Assembly (NCBI GenBank): GCA_035221665.1
Contig: CM069133.1
Coordinates: forward strand, 138,074,001-138,138,000
Origin: Okamejei kenojei
Taxonomy: Eukaryota
Length of the DNA stretch: 64,000 nucleotides
Reading direction: 5' to 3'
The position numbers were made by a program, and so were the translations under genes. The notes below the pieces were generated by a model. It was given only the letters and a program-made list of their open reading frames with translations, ran no database searches and was not told the origin of the DNA. Below, piece after piece: positions 1 to 11,590 of this stretch; position 1 is the first letter of the stretch, and the number at the start of each line of letters is the position of its first letter.

Positions 1-20
1 AGTCAGGCGGGAGCGGCGCC

Positions 21-397
21 CCCAGGCCCACAACCAGCGCAGAGAAGCAGCGCTAAATCCAGCTGAAATCTGCCTGTCTCGCCGGGTTAGCCTACCAGCC
101 CTGCCTGGACTTACGGGAACGACCTCCCAGGCCCACAGCCAACACGGAGAAACAGCGCTAAATCCAGCTCAACTCTGCCTGTTAACCTACCAGCCCTGCC
201 TGGACTAATGGGAACGACGGCCCAGGCTTACAGCCAGCGTGGTGAAGCAGCGCTAACTCCATGGCTCCGGGCTGGTGTCCCGTCAGTCCAGGCAGGGCTG
301 TAGGTTAACCCGGCGAGACAGGCAGAGTTGAGCTGGATTTAGTCTGCTTTTCCATGCTGGCTGTTAGCCTGAGCCATCGTTCCCATAGGTCCAGGCT
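21..397. repeat. GC-rich ~95-105 bp tandem repeat (2.4 direct units) followed by an inverted unit
   Basis: Units start CCCAGGC at 21, 126 and 221 and share CAGCGCTAA(A)TCCA and CTACCAGCCCTGCCTGGACT; 277-397 is the reverse complement of a unit. Confidence 0.8.
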
Positions 398-419
398 AAT
401 TGTGTCCATTTTAGTGTCC

Positions 420-505
420 ATTGTCCATTCCCCTCCACCGGTGCTGCCTGACCCACTGAGTTCCTCCAGTAGTCCTTTTCTTTGTTCCAGGCTCCAGCAT
501 CTGTG
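420..505 (+). mobile_element. PLE terminal fragment
   Basis: TGCTGCCTGACCCACTGAGTTCCTCCAG...CAGCATCTG, the same terminus as the other PLE ends in the window. Confidence 0.6.
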
Positions 506-570
506 GTATCTCCCCTGGACGTCGACTTTGCTAGCTGTCAATGCTTTTACTCAGCTATTTTTTTTTACAG

Positions 571-658
571 GGAGAGGCTGTTCTGACCCATCCATGAGAC
601 AGCATAAATCACATAAAGTATGGTGCTTCAGAAGGAAGGAATGGGCTGGAACCTGGCT
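571..658 (+). other. Candidate 88-nt internal exon of an unidentified host gene or lncRNA
   Basis: Acceptor TACTCAGCTATTTTTTTTTTACAG|G, donor CT|GTAAGT; only one frame is open (RGCSDPSMRQHKSHKVWCFRRKEWAGTW). Protein not recognised. Confidence 0.4.
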
Positions 659-1544
659 GTAAGTTAACAATAGTGGAGCCTCTGAAATTGTGAACTTTGT
701 TCAGCAGCGAGCTCGGGCAACTGAGTGTAGCCACAGCTATTCTTTCCTTTTGTGGCAGAGTTTATTAGTCTTTGATATAGTTTGATTTTTTTTTTTTAAT
801 CGTCCGATTCATAGTTTCATAATCACCAGTCAGCCACCTTTCATACTTCTCCATTCAGAGATGTGACTCATTGCTGGCAGGAAGGTTTGGCAACTTCTAT
901 TATGATAGAGTTACTGACTGTGCCCCCAAAGCCTGGAATGACATAGAACAGATGATCACGTCAACTGTGACCAATAGATAATGTGAAAAATTACTGAATA
1001 CATCAAATGCAATTATTTGATTTTGTAAGGACCGATGTGCCAGTTGGTATCTAGAACAAGTCCAAGGAAATCAGTAGACCTAACCTAAAATAATACCATT
1101 ATTCATCCAACAATCTTGTTGTTCATTACTCCACATGTGAATCATTATACCAAGATAAATTGCTGAAATGTCTAATATCGTTAGCTTGGCTCCACTGCTT
1201 TCTTTAGTGACACTAATTTGAGAATACATTTGGCAGAAATCAATTCCTCAGAACAATTCTACATTAAATTATGCTTGTTCTAATATTAAATTGAATAAAC
1301 TAAACTGTTTGTCAAGTAAATTGATCAGCTGTTATAAATAAGGCTATACTGTCACACCAAACAATACTGAGGTTGAGACACAAAAATACTAACGTCCGCA
1401 TCCAGATTAAGCAGTAAATGCCAAGCTCTAAACATACACGCACAAAGAAACTTCTGTCACATCAAGGGAAAATTGCATAGCATTCAAAAATTATATGATT
1501 AAAATTTTGTGTAAGAGGTGTATAGAAAGGCAATTCACCTAGAC

Positions 1545-2858
1545 TATTTCTGACACCTCTCTCCCCTTTCATGATCACTCTGTCACCATTTCAAGCAAAA
1601 GGCTACCACACACATCTACTGCAAATCCATTGAGACCCACAGCTGCCTTGCTCACACCACCCCCCTTTCCGTCTCTTACAAGCACTCTATCCATTCCCAT
1701 ATTTTCTCGCACTCTGCTGCATTTGCTCTCAAGATGAGGTTTCCCTCTCTCAGGTATCTGAGATGTCTTCTTTCTTCAGGAAACGAGTTTCACCCTCACA
1801 CGGTTATCGATGAATCCCTCACACATGTATCCTCTGTTTCCCTCAGTTCTGCTCTCACCAGACCCCCCTCACCAGAAAGAACAGGGATGGAGTTCTCCTG
1901 GTCCTTCCCTTTGACCCTTTAATCCTCCGCGTCCAAACTATCATTCTCCAACATTCGTGCCAGCTTCAATGGGATCCTTTCCCTCCCTCCCTTCACTTGC
2001 TCATTTTCCCACCCAACCAACCCACCCTCTCCCTTCTTGCTTGAGGCACCTCTCCTGCAACTGCAAGAAGTGTAACATCTATCCTCGTGTCAGGAACCTC
2101 ACCAGCCTTTCCAGGCGTGGCACGGGTTCACATGCACCTCATCCAACCTCATCTATTGCATTTGGTGCTCTCATTGAGGCCTCTTCTATGTTGGTGAGAC
2201 CAAGCATAAACTAGGCAACCATTTCTCTGAACACTTGTGTTCTGTCCGCCAGGGCCAGCTAGAGCTCCTGGTTCCTATTCCCTTTGCCATTCCTATACTG
2301 ACCTAAGTCTAGGAAGGAATTGCAGATGCTGGTTTAAACCAAAGATAGACATAAAAAGCTGGAGTAACTCAGCAGGTCAGACAGGAGAATAGGAATAGAT
2401 GAACTTTTGGGTCTGAAGAAGGGTCTCGACCCAAAACGTCACCTATTGCTTTTCTCCTGTCTGACTCGTTGAGTTACTCCAGCTTTTTCTGTCTATCTTC
2501 TGATTTCTATGTCATCACCCTCCTCCACTGCCAGAATGAAAGAACAGCACGTCATATTGAATTCGCCTATTTCAGTTCAATACCGATCCCACACCTTCTG
2601 ATCTCCCCACCCACATCTTTCTTTCCATTCCCCCCACCCCCATCACCTAATTACTTCCCCCTCCTCCACCTCTGCTTTCCGCTCATCGCCCTCCCTTCCC
2701 TACTTCAGGTCACCCATTTTTCTTCACCTCCCCCTCCCCCTCTACTCCATCAGTCTGAAGAAGGATCTAGACCTGAAACATCGTCCGTCCATTCCCTCCA
2801 CCATTCTCTCTACCTGTGATCAACCCACTGAGTTCCCCCAGCATTTTGTTTTTTGCTA
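1545..2858 (+). mobile_element. Degraded PLE 3' portion (RT C-terminus, Cys-rich linker, terminus), interrupted by a fold-back element
   Basis: Similar to 11100-11590 (TISDTSLP; ICSQDE-like; CNCKKCN); PLE terminus with hammerhead-like motif at 2755-2782. Confidence 0.75.
2311..2500. mobile_element. ~190-bp fold-back mini-element made of two inverted PLE termini
   Basis: AAGATAGACATAAAAAGCTGGAGTAACTCAGC ... GTTGAGTTACTCCAGCTTTTTCTGTCTATCTT are reverse complements; central CTGAAGAAGGGTCTCGACCCAAAACGTC. Confidence 0.8.
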
Positions 2859-3990
2859 AAGCAATCCATTTCAAAGTTGTGTTTTATGTGAAAATATGTT
2901 TTAATTTATCACTTGTTTATCCAAACATTTAGCACTTTGGTTAATACAATTTATCTAAAATAGTTGCTCATGCTATTTCAATAAATTCATTATTTGTGCA
3001 TTAACAAGTTTGTTAAAATAGCACTGTTTTTTTCTGAGATATTAACCAGTATTCTAAAAATGCAAACATTTCTCATTAATTATCTTCTTGGTCCTGATTC
3101 TAATTTTGCAGATTATATTACTCTTTCTCTGTTTCTTTTATGAAGTGTTGCTAAAATTGTTTTTATAGCGAGAGATTCATTAAAAATACTAAAATATATT
3201 GCAACCTATTATTACATTAGAGGTTCACATCTCCCTTTCAGTGAGAATATTTTGTTTTTTGTGTTTAATCTTTTAAGGCTAATTACTTAAATTATCTGGT
3301 GATACAATCTGAAATGTTATTGCTCCTATTTTATCAACGGTTTAATGACTAACTCATCTCAAAAGCTTGTGGTTGCCTTTTAGTGTATGAATTTAATTTG
3401 AATTCTATGCAGCTGTATCTAATGAAAACAGATGACAGAAAATATGAACACTGATGCTTTAGAAGTGTTGAAAAGGTGTCATCATATAAACTTCCTTTAA
3501 AATATGGTATATTGACAACAATAGCACAGCAATGCACAGTTCAGATTTCAACAAGTTCATAACACAAACTGAGCAGTAATAACATGAAAACAGCAAAGTC
3601 ACCAACAGAGAAGGAAGGGCAGTAGAGGAGTTTATTGCGACGGAGAAAATAAATAGTTCAGCTAGAAAAATAAATGAGCAAGAGAAATTGGTAAATTATT
3701 GATTTGGTAGTGAAGATAATAAATGTGGCTAACGGTGCAATACAGGCTGATCAATGCAATTTCCACAGAAAACCAGGAGTTGGTTGGATCAAACAATACA
3801 ATTTCAGCAGGAGGGAACATCTGAGTGCAGTTGTCGATGCTACAGTTTTTATTAGTTTTCAATATGATTTAATAGTGTGGCTACATACCTAGTTCTATCA
3901 TTGCCTCTCCCACTTTTCCATTGAAAGAAGAGTCTGTAATTTTATCCAGTGTTGGTAACTTTGGACATATAAAAGATCAGCTCATACTTA

Positions 3991-4299
3991 TGCCCCTGTC
4001 CCACTTAGGAAACCTGAACGGAAACCTCTGGAGACTTTGCACCCCACCCAAGGTTTCCGTGCGGTTCCCGGAGGTTCCCAGAGGTTTTTGTCGGGTTCCT
4101 GGAGGTTCCCGGAGGTTTTTTCAATTATTTGAAATAATCGTCGGAACATAGAAGAAGCGGAAACCACTTTCGACCATTAGGGAGACTGACAAAAACCTCC
4201 GGGAACCTCTGGGAACCTCCGGAAACCGCACGGAAACCTTGGGTGGGGCGCAAAGTCTCCAGAGGTTTCCGTTCAGGTTTCCTAAGTGGGACAGGGGCA
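3991..4299. mobile_element. PIF/Harbinger-type MITE
   Basis: ~95-bp TIRs beginning TGCCCCTGTCCCACTTAGGAAACCTGAACGG; flanked by TTA (3988-3990) and TTA (4300-4302), the TSD typical of PIF/Harbinger. Confidence 0.9.
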
Positions 4300-4373
4300 T
4301 TAGGATGTTTATTCTTTGCACAAGTTTCACAAGATGCATCTGCTGCATCAGCCACAAAGGATATCAACAGCAA

Positions 4374-4466
4374 AAGAAGGGTCTCGATCCGAAATGTCAC
4401 CTATCCCTTCTCTCCATAGATGCTGCCTCACCCGGTGAGTTACTTCAGCATTTTGTGTCTATCTTC
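4374..4466 (+). mobile_element. PLE terminal fragment
   Basis: AAGAAGGGTCTCGATCCGAAATGTCACC...GAGTTACTTCAGCATTTTGTGTCTATCTT. Confidence 0.7.
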
Positions 4467-5300
4467 AACAGCAAAAGAGTCATCCTGTTTTCTTATTATA
4501 ATTTCCTTTCCCTTCTGTGATTTAAACAAAATCTATAGTTATCCCCTTTTTTTAGTTTTGCACTATGCCACACTATAGGATTAAGATATTTTTCTCTCAA
4601 TGAGATGACCTTCCCATCAGCTACTGAGTAATGGACAAGTTTTATAAAATTATAAAGCTAATATATATGCAAATGGACCATTCTTTCCGATACCTACAGT
4701 ACCCAACAAAATGGAAGAAAACTCAAAACAAATTCTCAGTTAAATTGCTCCGAAAGCAGTTCCACAATGAAAGCTGATGGTGATAAATGACATTGTTCAA
4801 TGTTAAAATCCATTATGATCTTAATCAACAGAACTGAATAGGTGGAAATGTCTTGCAATTATTAAATATCTATTTTGCCATTTATGAAAACATACACTGT
4901 TGAATGGAACATCTTAATCAGTTTCTGCTTTATTGTAATCAATAGCTTTACATTTGATTAACGTGATCCCTAAGTTATATTAAAACGGTGGTATTTTAAA
5001 AATAATAAAATATTTTCATAGTATGGATAAACAACCATTAATGACTCAGAAGAGACGCATATTATGTCAAAACAAATTTGGAAGCAATAAAATGCAACGT
5101 AATGATAATGGATCAGAGTTAATAGGATAACCTGCAGACGTTCTTGTAATGAGATTTTCAGGTGGCATGGAAACAAATTTGTTCCTGTTTTTTGTTCCTA
5201 ATGTTCATTGGGCCACAGGGAGGGTATGTGGAATATATCTTAGCTTTTTCAACTTGGTGTTTTTTCACCTCCCTGAAGCACGCTGCCTTCAAAGATATCT

Positions 5301-5339
5301 GGCATCCCAGTGGTGCAGCGGTAGAGTTGCTGCCTCACA
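5301..5339 (+). mobile_element. 5' part of a tRNA-derived HE1-like SINE (continues at 9351)
   Basis: GTGGTGCAGCGGTAGAGTTGCTGCCTCACA matches the SINE heads near 12890, 37885 and 40120. Confidence 0.75.
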
Positions 5340-5981
5340 AAAGGGCAAGATTGCTTTATCAAAGGGAGCTGAGGGAATGCTCTGTGTTCTCAGAGACATG
5401 GCTCACCCCCAGCTCCCCAGACTCAGCGGTCCAGCCTGAAGGGTTCTCCATCCACCGCATGGACCGTACACTGGCATCTGGGAAAGGGAGAGGAGGGGGC
5501 GTCTGCCTCATGGTCAACTCTGCGTGGTGCTCAGACGTGGCAGTCCTGTCCAACTCCTGCTCTCAGCACCTGGAACATCTGGCGGTGAAGTGCCGTCCCT
5601 TTTACCTCCCAAGAGAATTCACCTCCATCATCCTGACCGCGGTCTACATCCCACCCCAGGCAGACGTCCATCTGGCACTGGAGGAGCTGCACGCCATGGT
5701 CAACAAACACCAGACGTCTTACCCCGAGGCATTTACCACCATTGCTGGGGACTTCAATAAGGCAAACCAAAAGAAATCACTCCCCAACTTCCACCAACAT
5801 GTCTCCTGCTGCACCAGAGGACCAAACACCCTCGACCACTGCTACACCACCATCAAGAATGCCTACCGCTCTATCCCTCGCCCTCACTTTGGTAAATCTG
5901 ACCATACCGCGGTGCTGCTTCTCCCTGCCTACAGGCAGCAATTAAAGAGCGCACCCCCAGAGGTGAGGACAGTACAGAGCT

Positions 5982-6027
<46 letters not shown>

Positions 6028-8960
6028 AGGAACAACTACAGGACTGTTTGGAATCTGTAGACAGGGCAATGTTCAAGGACTCGGCAACGGACTTGAAGTC
6101 GTTACAGACTTTATAAAGAAAAGTGTGGAGGACTGCATCCCTACAAAAACCTTCCGAGTGTTTCCCAATCAGAAACCTTGGATGAACTGTGAGATCCGCA
6201 CTCTTCTGAACACCAGACACCAGGCATTCATGTCTGATGATACAGTGGACTACAAGAAGTCCAGATATGACCATCAAAGAGGCCAAAAGGGAGTTCTGCT
6301 CCAAACTGGCGGATGAGACAGATGTTTGGCAGCTGTGGCGGGGCCTGAATGCAATCACCTCCTACAAGGCCAAATCAGGAGGCAGCTCAAATGTTGGCGA
6401 AACATCACTCCCTGACGAGCTCATTGCGTTTGACAGGGAGAATACTGATGTGCCTTCCCGAGCCCCCATTTGCTGTGATGGTATTTCAGTCTCAGTCACA
6501 GAGGCCGACGTCAGGAAATCCTTCAGAGGGGTGAACCCTCGAAAAGTGCCTGGACCTGATGGAATACCCCGTCATGTTCTAAAAACCTGTGCGGACCAAC
6601 TGACTGGAGTTTTTTTTTGGTTTGTTTTTTTTTGTTTTTTTTTGTTAGAAGTAAGTACAATAGTGTGGTTCTTGAGTACCTAATACATACATACATATTT
6701 CCATTCTTGTACAACTTCGTATTTGTAATTTAATAATAAAAGAACAGTGAGAGAAAAAATATATAAAGAGTGTCGGAATAGATAGACAAGCGAGTAGAAA
6801 CAGATACCAAAAGAAATAAAGGACAGAGATGAGAAGCTAAAAAAGATTGAAAAAAAGGAGAAAGTAGAGAAAAGAGAGATTAGGAGAGATCTACCTATTT
6901 CGTTTTTTTGCCCATCCGTCACCCGGTTGTAAACCATTTAATTTCTAAGGTTATGTTATGTTGCACCATCTACTTGTAAAAAGTTGATAAAAGGAGACCA
7001 AGTCTTTAAGAATTGGTCTACTTTGCCTAGTAGGAGGAATCTCATTTCTTCAAGATGTAGCGTTTCCGACATATTTGAAATCCACATTTTGAATGTTGGC
7101 GTGGTTGCGTTTTTCCAAAATTTGAGTATAAGTTTTTTTGCTGTTATTAAACCGTAATTAAGAAAAGCTTCTTGGAATATAGTTAGTTTACTTCCCTCTT
7201 CCATTGATCCAAAGATAATCAGATCTGTATAGGGGTTCAATTTTGTGTTAAATAGTTTTGTAAAAATTCCAAAAATTTCATTCCAAAATGTATGCAGTTT
7301 TGTACGAGACAAAGGAATGTGCTATAGTGGCATTTTGAGTTTGACATTTATCACAGATGGGGGAAACATTTGAAAATATTTTATTCAGTCTAGTTTTCGA
7401 ATAGTATAATCTATGTAAAATTTTAAATTGAATTAAGTTATGTCTTACATTAATTGAACATTTATTTACATATAATAGATTTTTTTCCCATCTCTGACTG
7501 GAGTTTTTACGGACATTTTCACCTCTCACTTCTGAAGTCTGAGGTCCCCACCTGCTTTAAAAGGGCATCAATTATACCAGTGCCCAAGAAGAGCAAGGTG
7601 ACGTGCCTCAATGACTATCGACCTGTGGCACTAACACTTGTGGTGATGAAGTGCTTCGAGAGGTTGATCATGGTGCAAATCAACTCCTACCTTGACAAAA
7701 ACCTGGACCCAATGCAGTTCGCTTACCGTCACAACAGATAAACAGTGGATGCGATCTCGCTGGCCCTCCACTCCACTCTGGACCTCTTGGACAATATAAA
7801 AACTCATATGTCAGGCAGTTATTTATCGATTACAGCTCGGCATTTAACACAATCATCCCCTCCAAGCTGGTTACCAAACTCTCAGAACTGGGTCTCTGCG
7901 CATCCCTCTGCAATTGGATCCTCGACTTCCTCATTCACAGACCACAGTCCGTTCATATTGGTGGAAATGTGTCAGCCTCGATAACAATCAGCACGGGAGC
8001 ACCTCAAGGCTGCGTGCTCAGCCCCCTGCAATACTCACTCCATACTCATGATTGCATAGCCGGTCACAGTGCGAACTCCATCATCAGGTTCGCTGACGAC
8101 ACCACTGTTGTGGGACGTATCACTGATGGGGATGAGTCAGAGTATAGAAGAGAGATCGAGCAACTGTCCATATGGTGCCAGCACAATAACCTGGCCCTCA
8201 ACATCAGCAAAACCAAGGAACTGATTGTGGACTTTGGAAGGAGTAGGATGGGGACCCACAGTCCCGTTTATATCAACGGGTCGATGGTTGAAAGGGTCAA
8301 GAGCTTCAAATTCCTGGGCGTGCACATCTCTGAAGATATGCAATTATTAAAGCACATCAGCGCCTCTACTTCCTGAGAAGATTACGGAGAGTTGGTTTGT
8401 CAAGGAGGACTCTCTCTAACTTCTACAGGTGCACAGTAGAGAGCTTGCTGACTGGTTGTATCATTGCTTGGTTCGGCAACTTGAGCGCCCTGGAGAGGAA
8501 AATACTTCAAAAGGTAGTAAATACTGCCCAGTCCATCATCAGCTCTGACTTTCCTTCCATCGAGGGGATCTATCGCAGTCGCTGCCTCAAAAAGGCTGGC
8601 AGCATCACCAAGGACCCACACCATCCTGGCCACACACTCATCTCCCTGCTACCTTCAGGTAGAAGGTACAGGAGCCTGAAGACTGCAACGTCCAGGTTCA
8701 GGAATAGCTACTTCCCCACAGCCATCAGGCTATTAAACCTGGCTCGGACAAAACTATCATCACTAATAACCCATTATCTGTTATCTGTTATTTGCACTTT
8801 ATCAGTTTATTAATTCATGTGTGTATGTATTTATATAATGGTATATGGACACACTGATCTGTTTTGTAGTCAATGCCTACTATGTTCTGTGTGCCGAAGC
8901 AAAGCTAGAATTTCATTGTCCTATCAGGGACACATGACAATAAACTAACTTGAACTTGAA
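5340..8960 (+). mobile_element. Rex1-clade (Rex-Babar) LINE, 5'-truncated, frameshifted APE+RT ORF2; interrupted by L1
   Basis: APE motifs ETWL, GGGV, YIPP, GDFN, LDHCY, SDH; RT motifs GPDG, YRPVAL, QFAYR, QGCVLSP, FADD; C-terminus HPGH..LLPSGRRYRS; AATAAA then (CTTGAA)n tail. Confidence 0.92.
6615..7493 (-). mobile_element. 5'-truncated L1/Tx1 fragment (ORF2 C-terminus, 3' UTR, A-rich tail)
   Basis: QFKILHRLY, CDKC..H, FWNEI, KLILKFWK..PT..WI, FLKTWSPF; poly-T on plus at ~6610-6643; 15-bp TSD CTGACTGGAGTTTTT at 6600-6614 and 7494-7508. Confidence 0.92.
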
Positions 8961-8964
8961 CTCA

Positions 8965-9349
8965 TGCCCCTGTCCCACATGCCCTGCCCCACTTAGGAAA
9001 CCTGAACGGAAACCTCTGGAGACTTTGCGCCCCAATTTGGAAGGTAACTTCTTTTTTTCACCCAGTTTTATTCCACCAGGGAGGTCTTACCTTCCACTAC
9101 CTGCAACCTCCGGCAACCACCTTCAACTAGCATCGCAACAGGCTTCGACTAAAAAATTACCGATTATTAAAACGGCAACCTATTTTTAGTTGCGGTCGGT
9201 TTTGAATTTTTTGAAATAATCGCCGGAACATAGAAGAAGCAGAAATCACTTTCGACCATTAGGGAGACTAACAAAAACCTCCGGGAACCGCACAGATACC
9301 TTGGGTCTCCAGAGGTTTCCGTTCAGGTTTCCTAAGTGGGACAGGGGCA
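8965..9349. mobile_element. Second copy of the Harbinger-type MITE (longer interior, partly deleted TIRs)
   Basis: Same termini (TGCCCCTGTCCCAC ... GTGGGACAGGGGCA) and shared interior with 3991-4299. Confidence 0.85.
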
Positions 9350-9350
9350 C

Positions 9351-9625
9351 TACAGTACCAGAGGTGCAATCCTGACTATGTGTGCTGTCAGTACGGAGTT
9401 TGTACATTCTCCCCGTGACCTTGTGGATTTTCCCCGGGAGCTCCAGTTCCCTCCCACACTGCAGAGACTTACAGGTTTGTAGTCTAAGTGGCTTGGTAAA
9501 ATTGTAAATTGCCCCTAGTATGTGTAGATAGTGTTAATGTGTGGGGATCACTTGTCAATGTGGACCTGGTGGGCTGAAGGACCTGTTTCCACGCTATATC
9601 TCTAAACTAAACTAAATTAAACTAG
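9351..9625 (+). mobile_element. 3' part of the split HE1-like SINE
   Basis: TACGGAGTTTGTACATTCTCCCCGTGACC...GGGCTGAAGGACCTGTTTCC...(CTAAA)n tail. Confidence 0.8.
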
Positions 9626-10506
9626 AATAAGGAACTCGTAGCCTGTAGTGGTGGGCCCATCTCCTGCTACACTGAGGTGCAATATAATAGGACCAAATGA
9701 GGAAGCACCACCTGGTCAGCCTCAAACAGGTGCCATAAGTGCCCGTAAATCTTTGATCATTAATGCAATGGGACTGAGCTCGGAATTTTATTTACCAATC
9801 CTGGTTAAGAAATGGCCACCATCTGCTTTCAGCAAACTGGAAAACACAGCTATTATATCGCGGAGATCACTACCCACTAAATAAGTATGGAAATGGCCTG
9901 TAATGTAACTAAAATGTGAAGCTGCTGTGTTCATTGGCAGTGCTGACTTTGCCAAGTTCTGTGATTCATGCAAGATCTTAAGAATCTGGCAATCTCATTA
10001 ATAACTTCCTGCCTGACATCATGGACCACCTGCACATTTTGTACGTGAATGTGATTCAGTTCCTGATGATGTCTTAACGGCGAAGGTGGTCTGAGAGATG
10101 CAGCTATGTATTTATTACCCCGGCGATTAACAGCAAAAAGCTCACTTTCGCTGGATTTATTAGCTCTTGCTCCCGAACAACTCGAAGAATGAAACAGATG
10201 CATCTTTTGTTAAAATTGTTTTAACAAATGAAGCCTAATGAAAGGAAATGTTTTTGGGTGGGTGGGGTTGTGGGTGGCAAAGTCTGGAAAAAAACCCACT
10301 GGGCTATCAATGGATTATGGGAGCAGTTGTTTTATCTTGCTTTAATCCGGTGATGGGTTCAAAGCTCCTCATGTCATCTGAGGACTTTGATTCAATCGTT
10401 TAAATCAATTTAAAAAAATACAAATCTGTGATGACTATACAAAGAAGAGGTTAAATCATATTCCTTAACCTGAAACATAAACTGAAAATATCAGAAATAC
10501 TTGGCA

Positions 10507-11590
10507 GGGGGTACACAAAATGCTGGAGAAACTCAGCGGGTGCAGCAGCATCTATGGAGCGAAGGAGATAGGTAACGTTTCGGGCCGAAACCCTTCTTCA
10601 GGCTGATGGGGGGGGGGGGGTGGGGGGAGGCGGGGGGGATGAAAGGAAAAAGGAGGGGGAGGAGCCCGAGGGCTGAGGGAGAGGTAGGAACGGGAGGAGA
10701 CAACAAGGGTTAACTGAATTGAGGGAATTCAATGTTCATGCCAAGAGGATGCAGACTCCCCAAGCGGAATATGAGGTGCTGTTCCTCCAATTTGCGGTGT
10801 TGCTCACTCTGGCCGTGGAGGAGGCCCAGGACAGAGAGGTTGTATATGGAATGGGAGGAATGCTTAGCAGTTCACAATGTATTTTCTCTCTTCATTTCAG
10901 ACCTGCAGCATGGCGTGCTATACACGCACGGGCCCCAGCTACGCTTGCCTCTTTGTTGGGTACGTCGAACAATCCTTGTTCTCGACGTACCAGGGCCCCA
11001 TCCCCGACCTCTACCTCCGTTACATCGACGACTGCTTTGGTGTCACCTCCTGCACCCACACACAACTGACTTCATTCATTTCACCACCAACTTCCATCCG
11101 GCACTCAAATACACTTGGACCATTTCCGACACTTCCCTACCATTCCTTGACCTCACCATCTCTATTGCAGGTGATACGCTCCTGACCGACATCCACTACA
11201 AACCTACTGACTCCCACAGCTACCTGGACTACTCTTCCTCCCACCCTGCTCCCTGTAAGGACTCCATCCCCTATTCCCAATTCCTCCGTCTACGCCGCAT
11301 CTGCTCCCAGGATGAGGTGATCCACACCAGGTCATCACAAATGGCCTCATTCTTCAGACTCGCACCAGGGTCTCCTCCATACCCCGCAACACTGCCCTCG
11401 CTCCCCATTCCCCCACTCGGCAGCCAACCAAAAGACCGCTCCCTCCGCAACTCCCTCCATTCTTCCCTCCCCTCCCAGGGCACTTTCCCTTGCAACCGCA
11501 AGAAATGCAACACTTGTCCTTCACCTCCCCCCTCCACTCCTTCACACCCACCAAGCAGTCCTTCCAGGTCCGACAGAGACCTGCACCTGT
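10507..11590. mobile_element. PLE: inverted terminal repeat (10507-~10860, minus) joined to a plus-strand RT fragment (~10905-11590)
   Basis: GPSYACLFVGYVEQ, YLRYIDD, FLDLTI, KPTDSHSYLDYSSSHP, SIPYSQFLRLRRICS, CNRKKCNTC; a tail-to-tail inverted terminus is typical of PLE insertions. Confidence 0.88.
10574..10601 (-). ncRNA. Minimal hammerhead ribozyme-like motif in PLE terminus
   Basis: Minus strand CTGAAGA-A-GGGT-TTCG-GCCC-GAAA-CG-TT: core boxes and helix II present, helix I weak. Confidence 0.55.

Noticed and set aside
5162-6316. 384-aa ORF as a host gene
   Set aside because: A chance read-through of flank and SINE head into the Rex1 endonuclease; the poly-Gly comes from a G43 run.
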